The notes beneath the pieces were generated by a model. It did not search any database and was not told the DNA's origin. It saw only the letters and a program-made list of their open reading frames with translations. A stretch of 32,150 nucleotides of DNA from an uncultured Anaerolineales bacterium (GTDB taxonomy: Bacteria; Chloroflexota; Anaerolineae; UBA3071), in assembly GCA_964587335.1 (NCBI GenBank), contig CAZPMV010000004.1:1-32150 (forward strand), written 5' to 3'. Of the stretch, positions 26,947 to 32,150 are shown piece after piece (position 1 is the stretch's first letter; every line of letters begins with the position of its first letter). The position numbers and the translations under genes are program-made.

Positions 26947-29528
26947 GCCGATTGAGCCAATGATTCATCGGTTGCATCGGCTTCGTCGGCTTCATCAGCT
27001 TCATCGGCTTCATCGGCTGACTCTACCAGCCCCCAGACGCTCAGCGCCGCGGCAGCGTAGCAGGCAGCGCCTGCGCCAAGCACTGCGCTGAAGCCCCACG
27101 ACACCGCTCCTAGCGCAGCCAGAATCGAACTGAGCACCGACGTGCAGCCGTTGACCGCCCAGGCCCAGGGGATGAGCCTGGGCGCTCCTCGTTCCAGCAG
27201 TCCGATCCCTTTGGGGAAGGGCACGCCCATCAGAAAGCCGAGCGGGGCCAGCGCCAGCACAGCGATGACGAAGCGGCAGCCCAGTGGCAACCCCAGCGTC
27301 AGCCGGAAGAGAGGCGACAGGAGCAGCGGACAGAGAACGATGGCCGCGACCAGCACGACGAGCATCAGTCGGTGCGGCAAGAGCGGCGCGCAGAAGCTGC
27401 CCAGGCCCGAAAAGAGCAGCAAGGCGAACAACACAGCGGTCATGGCGTACACAGGCTGACCCAGGAAGAGGATGAACCGCTGGATCAGTGGGATCTCCAC
27501 GAACAGATAGGCCAGCCCCAGCAGCCCGAAGTACAGGAAGGCCCGCCCCCTGAGCTTGCCGAGTTCCCACGGATTCCCCCGATCACCCTCAGACCCTGCA
27601 TCGGAATGTCCGGTTCTCCTCACCAGGAGGGGCCCCAGGATCAGCACCGCCGAGGCCAACAGCGCCAACGCCAACAGCGCCAGAAACACGAAGTAGCCAC
27701 TGCCGCCGAAGGGCTGCCACGTCTTGCCCAGCGTTCGCAGGATGGCCGGCGTCTGCTGCCAGCGGAAGAAGTGGAAGAAGAAGGGGTGATCGTCAGTCGG
27801 TGGGGCGACGGCGAAGGGATAGCCGGCATAGAAGGTTCGCCGGTCGTCGGCGGCCAGCAGCTCGCCGAAGGCCTGGGCGTAGGTCGGCTGCGCCAGCACG
27901 TTATAGCGGTTGATCTCCTCGGCGCTGATGCTAGGCCCGACGACGAGATCGAAGCGACGGGCAGCGCAGAACTCCCGCACAGCGTCCACTTCCGCCAAAG
28001 TGAAGCCGCTCTTTGTGACCAAGAACGTACCCGTCTGCACACCGCGGAAGGCAATCACACTGTCCGCCGGATGGCTGACACCCGCTCTCTCCAGTGCTTC
28101 CAGGATCAACGCCAGCGTGCGAACGCTCTCGCTGGGTGGGGTCTGCAGCCAGCGCGTCACCACCAACAGGCCGTCGTCCTCCAAGTGGGCCAGATACTCG
28201 CCGAAGGCCTCAACGGTGTGCACGTAGTCCTCGGCCAGGCTGTAGACGCCAGAGGTCACGGGGCGATAAGATCCTGTGAGCGCCAGTTGCACCAGATCGA
28301 ATAACTCGCCACTGCGGCGCAGGTAACTGCGCCCCGCTTCCGTCACTACGGTAACCCGCGGATCTCCGTACACATCGCCGGCGGGCGGGGACATGCCGTA
28401 GCGAGCAGCAGCCAGCAGCAGCGGGTTGCTTTCCACGGCGGTGACGGCAGAAGCGCCCTCCGCCAGAGCGGCCCACACGTCCAGCCCCCCTCTCGGTTCC
28501 AGGATGAGGGCCCGCGCCCTCGGCCGCAAGCGGTAAGCCATCGCCGCTGGCAAATAGCCGCTGAACGCCAACTCGGCTTGCGGGTCGATAATGAGTGGCA
28601 CGGGGGAGAGGTCATCGCCGTCCACGCTCAGGCCAAGCTGTGGTGGGGGCGCGCCGCTGTAGGTGTAGCTCAGTCCTGGCAGTTGCCGCACGCCGGGGCT
28701 CTCCAGCAGGTCCACGCGGGAGAAAGCATTCCAGTCGCTGAAGACGACCCGAGCACCCGGATAGTGCAGTGCCTGGCTCAGTCCCTTGTAGGGCGAAAGC
28801 TGGACATCGAGGAAAGATGGCTGCACCAGCGTCAGCCAGGCCAACAGCGCCGTGCCCGCCAGGTAGCCCAGGGGCAGCAGACCACGGAAGCTCCCGCCGG
28901 ACGGCCACGTCCGCCGCCTGTCCGCCGACCTTGGCCGTCCGGCGGCAGCGTGTCGTGATCTGGCGAAAGCGGCCGCACTGAGCCAGCCCAGGAGCCCCGC
29001 TGCGGCGATAGTGCCTGGCCCGCCCAGCCGGGGCAGCAGCAACACAGCCAGCAAACAGCCCGCTGCCGAACCGGCCAGGTTGGCAGCGTAGAAACGGTTG
29101 GTCCGCTCGGGGGCCGCAGCCAGCGGGACGGACATCGCCAGCCCACTGAGGGCGAAGGGCACAAGCAGCGCCAGGTAATGCAGCAGCAAGTAGGCGACTT
29201 GCAGCCGGTCCCAGGCGATGCTATAGGAGTCGAAGGGTAGGATGTTGGTGAGCAGGTAGCTGGCGGGCACGCTGAGGCCAAAAGCGGCTGCCAGCCAGAC
29301 CAGGCGGCGGGGCCAGCGCCCGTGTGCCAGCCGCGGCCAGAGCGTCAGCGCCGATCCGCTGGCGCCGAAGCCCAGCAGCGCCAGGCTCACGGCCATGAAG
29401 GCGAAATGGTAGAACTGGGCCACAGAGAAAATGCGCGTCAGGCTGATCTCGAAGACAAAAGTGGCTGCCGCCAGCAAGAAGAGGCCCAGATAGATGGGGG
29501 TCACGGCCTTCCCTTTTCGCATGATCAC
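26943..29528 (-). CDS. polytopic membrane protein with a central spermidine-synthase-like (SpeE-fold) domain
   Basis: 861 aa. N-terminal TM block 'FVFEISLTRIFSVAQFYHFAFMAVSLALLGFGASG', central 'ALILEPRGGLDVWAALAEGASAVTAVESNP...FDLVQLAL...GLLVV', and a C-terminal TM block. The start may be ATG 29522. The last ~25 codons are encoded by the 9-mer array. Confidence 0.8.
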   Translation of the reverse strand: MIMRKGKAVTPIYLGLFLLAAATFVFEISLTRIFSVAQFYHFAFMAVSLALLGFGASGSALTLWPRLAHGRWPRRLVWLAAAFGLSVPASYLLTNILPFDSYSIAWDRLQVAYLLLHYLALLVPFALSGLAMSVPLAAAPERTNRFYAANLAGSAAGCLLAVLLLPRLGGPGTIAAAGLLGWLSAAAFARSRHAAAGRPRSADRRRTWPSGGSFRGLLPLGYLAGTALLAWLTLVQPSFLDVQLSPYKGLSQALHYPGARVVFSDWNAFSRVDLLESPGVRQLPGLSYTYSGAPPPQLGLSVDGDDLSPVPLIIDPQAELAFSGYLPAAMAYRLRPRARALILEPRGGLDVWAALAEGASAVTAVESNPLLLAAARYGMSPPAGDVYGDPRVTVVTEAGRSYLRRSGELFDLVQLALTGSYRPVTSGVYSLAEDYVHTVEAFGEYLAHLEDDGLLVVTRWLQTPPSESVRTLALILEALERAGVSHPADSVIAFRGVQTGTFLVTKSGFTLAEVDAVREFCAARRFDLVVGPSISAEEINRYNVLAQPTYAQAFGELLAADDRRTFYAGYPFAVAPPTDDHPFFFHFFRWQQTPAILRTLGKTWQPFGGSGYFVFLALLALALLASAVLILGPLLVRRTGHSDAGSEGDRGNPWELGKLRGRAFLYFGLLGLAYLFVEIPLIQRFILFLGQPVYAMTAVLFALLLFSGLGSFCAPLLPHRLMLVVLVAAIVLCPLLLSPLFRLTLGLPLGCRFVIAVLALAPLGFLMGVPFPKGIGLLERGAPRLIPWAWAVNGCTSVLSSILAALGAVSWGFSAVLGAGAACYAAAALSVWGLVESADEADEADEADEADATDESLAQSA
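26966..27021 (+). repeat. tandem 9-mer array (CATCGGCTT consensus, 6 clear copies) ending in CATCGGCTGAC
   Basis: CATCGGTTG CATCGGCTT CGTCGGCTT CATCAGCTT CATCGGCTT CATCGGCTG AC. Two to three more degenerate period-9 units lie at 26941-26965. The array encodes the ADEADEADEADEAD tail of the convergent 861-aa ORF. Confidence 0.9.
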
Positions 29529-29567
29529 TCACCGTTGTTGCTGCCCAACTCCGACAATTCGTCTGAC

Positions 29568-29895
29568 CATCAGCTTCATCGGCTGACTGTCAGCGGAAAA
29601 GTGGAAGGAACGGAAGGAAACAGAGAAGATCGACAGAAGCATGAACTCCCATCGGCTTCATCGGCCACATCAGCTTCATCGGCTGACTGTCAGCGGAAAA
29701 GCGGAAGGAACGGAAGGAACGGAAGGAAACAGAGAAGATCGACGAAAGCATGAACTCCCATCGGCTACATCAGCTTCATCGACTCCATCGGCTTCATCGG
29801 CTACATCAGCTCCATCGGCTTCATCGGCCACATCAGCTCGATCAGCTACATCGGCTCCATCAACTCCATCGGCTTCATCGGCTTCATCGGCTGAC
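29568..29895 (+). repeat. composite repeat: CATCGGCTT-type 9-mer arrays (2 + 4 + 15 copies) interrupted by two copies of a ~65-75-bp core
   Basis: Core 1 spans ~29586-29649 and core 2 spans ~29686-29758. The cores are identical except for 2 substitutions and one extra GGAAGGAAC unit. Each starts inside the palindrome GCTGACTGTCAGC (29582-29594 and 29682-29694, exactly 100 bp apart). Fifteen consecutive 9-mers run from 29759 to 29893. Confidence 0.9.
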
Positions 29896-29950
29896 CTGAA
29901 CTATAGCAGAAAGACAGCCGCTGGTCAAGACGAAAGCAAGCTCTGGGTTT

Positions 29951-29978
29951 TTTGCTTTCGCCGAAGTCATGCTAGAAT
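29951..29978 (+). promoter_or_regulatory. candidate promoter with extended -10 for nfnAB-like genes
   Basis: TTTGCT (29951-29956), a 16-nt spacer, then TGcTAGAAT (29970-29978). The -10 region is identical over 12 nt to the promoter at 7034-7045. Confidence 0.45.
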
Positions 29979-30142
29979 GGGCGCGGACCGAGTAGCTATG
30001 ACTTGTGTCATGGCATGCGGCGGGAGAATTCGCTATCATTGGAAGGGTTTGTGTGTTCATCCACTGACGGAGTGAGCTTCTGTACCGAACACCTGAATCC
30101 TCATCACGAATAGCACGAACAGTACAGTAAGGAGGCAACATA

Positions 30143-31003
30143 GTGTACAAGATTCTGGCCCGAGAGGAGCTGGCCCCGATCACCAAGTTGATGGTCATCG
30201 AAGCGCCGGAGGTGGCGCGCAAGGCCCAGCCAGGCCAGTTCGTCATCGTGCGCATTGACGAAGAGGGCGAGCGCATCCCCCTGACCATCGCTGATTTCGA
30301 CCGCCGGGCGGGCACCATCACCATCATCCTCCAGGAAGTGGGTAAGTCCACGATGCAGATGGGCATGCTCGAGGTTGGAGATGGCTTCCTCAGCTTCACC
30401 GGACCGCTCGGCGAACCCAGCAAGATCGAGAACTACGGCACGGTGCTCTGCGTGGGAGGCGGCGTCGGCATAGCGCCCCTCTTTCCTATCGCCTGTGCCC
30501 TACGGGAGGCAGGCAACTACGTCATTTCCATCATTGGGGCTCGTCACAAGGAGTTGCTCTTCTGGGAAGAGAAGATGCACAGCGCCAGCGACGAGCTGAT
30601 CGTCTGCACCGATGACGGCTCCTACGGGCGCAAGGCTCTGGTCACCGTGCCCATAAGAGAGCTCTTGGAGCAACGTGACGACGTGAGTCGCATCTGGGCT
30701 ATCGGGCCGGCGATCATGATGAAGTTCTGCAGCCTGACGGCCCAGCCGTTTCATGTGCCCATCATCGTCAGTCTGAACTCCATCATGGTGGATGGGACGG
30801 GGATGTGCGGCGCCTGCCGCGTGGAGGTGGGCGGTCGTACGCGCTTCGTCTGCGTAGATGGACCGGAATTCGACGGACGAGACGTGGACTGGGACCAACT
30901 GCTGGCCCGCCAGCGCATCTATCTCGGAGAGGAGAAGCTGGCGCGGGAGAAGTTTGAGCATGAGTGCTGCAGCAAACATAAGAGCTCAGGGAGTGCAGTG
31001 TAA
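30143..31003 (+). CDS. nfnA: sulfide/dihydroorotate dehydrogenase-like FAD/NAD-binding protein (NfnA / ferredoxin-NADP reductase small subunit type)
   Basis: GTG start with AAGGAGG 7 nt upstream. 'GQFVIVRIDEEGERIPLTIAD', 'CVGGGVGIAPL' and the C-terminal 'DGTGMCGACRV...FVCVDGPEF' [2Fe-2S] motif. Confidence 0.8.
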   Translation: MYKILAREELAPITKLMVIEAPEVARKAQPGQFVIVRIDEEGERIPLTIADFDRRAGTITIILQEVGKSTMQMGMLEVGDGFLSFTGPLGEPSKIENYGTVLCVGGGVGIAPLFPIACALREAGNYVISIIGARHKELLFWEEKMHSASDELIVCTDDGSYGRKALVTVPIRELLEQRDDVSRIWAIGPAIMMKFCSLTAQPFHVPIIVSLNSIMVDGTGMCGACRVEVGGRTRFVCVDGPEFDGRDVDWDQLLARQRIYLGEEKLAREKFEHECCSKHKSSGSAV

Positions 31004-32150
31004 TGCCTGAAACAACGAAAACTAAGCCGAAACGACCCAAGCCGGGGGCCATTCCCCGTCAGGAGATGCCGCGACAGGCGCCAGAGGTACGGCGCGCCAA
31101 TTTCAACGAAGTGGCCCTGGGCCTGACCATGGAGATGGCGCAGCTAGAGGCGCAGCGCTGCCTGCAGTGCAAGAAGCCGCTCTGCATTACTGGCTGCCCT
31201 GTCGAGGTGCGCATTCCCGAATTCATCCTCGCTCTGAGCGAAGGCAACATGCCCGAGGCCGTGCGTTTGCTCAAGGACAAGAACAACCTGCCGGCCATTT
31301 GCGGGCGGGTCTGTCCACAGGAGACGCAGTGCGAGGAAGTATGCGTGCTGAGCAAGAAGTTCGAGCCTGTGGCCATCGGCCGGCTGGAGCGGTTCGTCGC
31401 CGACTGGGAACTGGCGCAGGGGGTGGAACCGCCGGAGCCGTTGCCAGCCACCGGCAAGCGGGTGGCTGTCATCGGGGCCGGGCCTGCGGGACTCACCTGC
31501 GCGGCCGATCTTGCCCGCTGCGGCCATCAGGTGACACTCTTCGAATCACTGCACGCCCCTGGTGGCGTGCTCATGTACGGCATCCCCGAGTTCCGCCTGC
31601 CCAAGCGCACTGTACACGCTGAGGTGGATTACGTCAAGAGCCTGGGCGTGGACCTTCAACTGGACGCTGTGGTGGGCAAGCTGTACACGCTCAATGAACT
31701 GCTGGGCGAACGGGGATACGACGCCGCATTCCTGGGCACAGGGGCGGGGCTGCCCCGCTTCATGCGCATTCCCGGCGAGAACTACAATGGCGTCTATTCG
31801 GCCAACGAGTTCCTGACCCGCGTCAACCTGATGAAAGCCTACCTCTTCCCTGAGTATGACACACCGGTGAAGGTGGGCAAGCGGGTGGCGGTGATCGGGG
31901 GCGGCAACGTGGCCATGGACAGTGCCCGTTGTGCGCTGCGGCTGGGCTGGCAGCGTTCCCTGGCCGAGGGAAACGAACCGCCTGAGGTGACCATCGTCTA
32001 CCGCCGCTCGCGGGTGGAGTTGCCCGCTCGTTTGGAGGAGGTGGAGAACGCCGAGGAAGAGGGCGTGGAATTCAGGCTGCTCACCAACCCTGTAGAGATC
32101 TATGGCAACGAGCAGGGCTGGGTGCGAGGCATGCGCTGCATCCGCATGGA
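31003..32150 (+). CDS. nfnB: NADPH-dependent glutamate synthase small-chain homologue (NfnB/GltD/SudA type); 3' end beyond the window
   Basis: My own translation (absent from the ORF track because there is no stop): MPETTKTKPKRP...EAQRCLQCKKPLCITGCPVEVRIPEFI...ICGRVCPQETQCEEVC...KRVAVIGAGPAGLTCAADLAR...LHAPGGVLMYGIPEFRLPK...VAVIGGGNVAMDSAR. TAATG overlap with nfnA. Confidence 0.85.
   Translation, partial: MPETTKTKPKRPKPGAIPRQEMPRQAPEVRRANFNEVALGLTMEMAQLEAQRCLQCKKPLCITGCPVEVRIPEFILALSEGNMPEAVRLLKDKNNLPAICGRVCPQETQCEEVCVLSKKFEPVAIGRLERFVADWELAQGVEPPEPLPATGKRVAVIGAGPAGLTCAADLARCGHQVTLFESLHAPGGVLMYGIPEFRLPKRTVHAEVDYVKSLGVDLQLDAVVGKLYTLNELLGERGYDAAFLGTGAGLPRFMRIPGENYNGVYSANEFLTRVNLMKAYLFPEYDTPVKVGKRVAVIGGGNVAMDSARCALRLGWQRSLAEGNEPPEVTIVYRRSRVELPARLEEVENAEEEGVEFRLLTNPVEIYGNEQGWVRGMRCIRM

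Noticed and set aside
29568-29895. Possible CRISPR array.
   Set aside because: The repeating unit is 9 nt and contiguous, with no unique spacers. The only longer repeat (~100 bp) occurs twice. There are no cas genes in the window.
29322-30075. ORFs 29322..29753(+) and 29641..30075(+), including the duplicated 'MNSHRLHR…' openings.
   Set aside because: They are translations of the 9-mer arrays and the duplicated core (SASSATSAPSASS… low complexity). They have no ribosome-binding site. The open frame exists only because the repeat period is a multiple of three.

Overview
High-GC (roughly 60-65% by eye) bacterial chromosomal window. The style looks Chloroflexota-like: Pro/Thr-linker secreted proteins, a NusA with a long acidic tail, and sigma70-type promoters with extended -10 elements. 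The taxon is inference only. All product calls come from reading the translated ORFs for family motifs; no database search was possible.

Gene content:
- Minus-strand housekeeping block: HEAT-repeat protein, Ptb-like acyltransferase, MBL hydrolase, DUF1385, Ldh_2 dehydrogenase, a four-helix-bundle gene remnant, and a YhhN membrane protein.
- Two tandem secreted glycoside-hydrolase-like genes sharing a clan GH-A TIM-barrel domain.
- tRNA-Val(CAC).
- nusA-ylxR-infB, with no rimP upstream.
- uppP, a PstS-like binding protein and a sugar-phosphate isomerase, translationally coupled.
- A secreted beta-helix protein abutted by a lower-GC IS element with 15-bp perfect terminal inverted repeats.
- A DNA-repair-type radical SAM gene plus a short Tag-like glycosylase.
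- An internally duplicated lipoprotein, a membrane-anchored pcm, an 861-aa polytopic spermidine-synthase-like protein, and nfnA/nfnB-like genes (the latter runs off the window).
- A lower-GC islet at the left edge with a toxin/antitoxin-like pair next to a larA-like start.

The two things I consider most worth follow-up:
1. A perfect TTGACA-17-TATAAT promoter carries a perfect Cheo-type LexA box (CGAACATCTGTTCG) in its spacer. It sits in front of the radical SAM gene, and the family's usual partner gene appears to be replaced by a truncated Tag-like glycosylase.
2. Tandem short 'word' duplications (7-16 nt, often period 9) sit directly 3' of most stop codons. The largest case is a set of CATCGGCTT arrays that bracket the 861-aa gene, plus a ~100-bp duplicated unit carrying a GCTGACTGTCAGC palindrome.

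I cannot show that either is a new system; both are testable leads.
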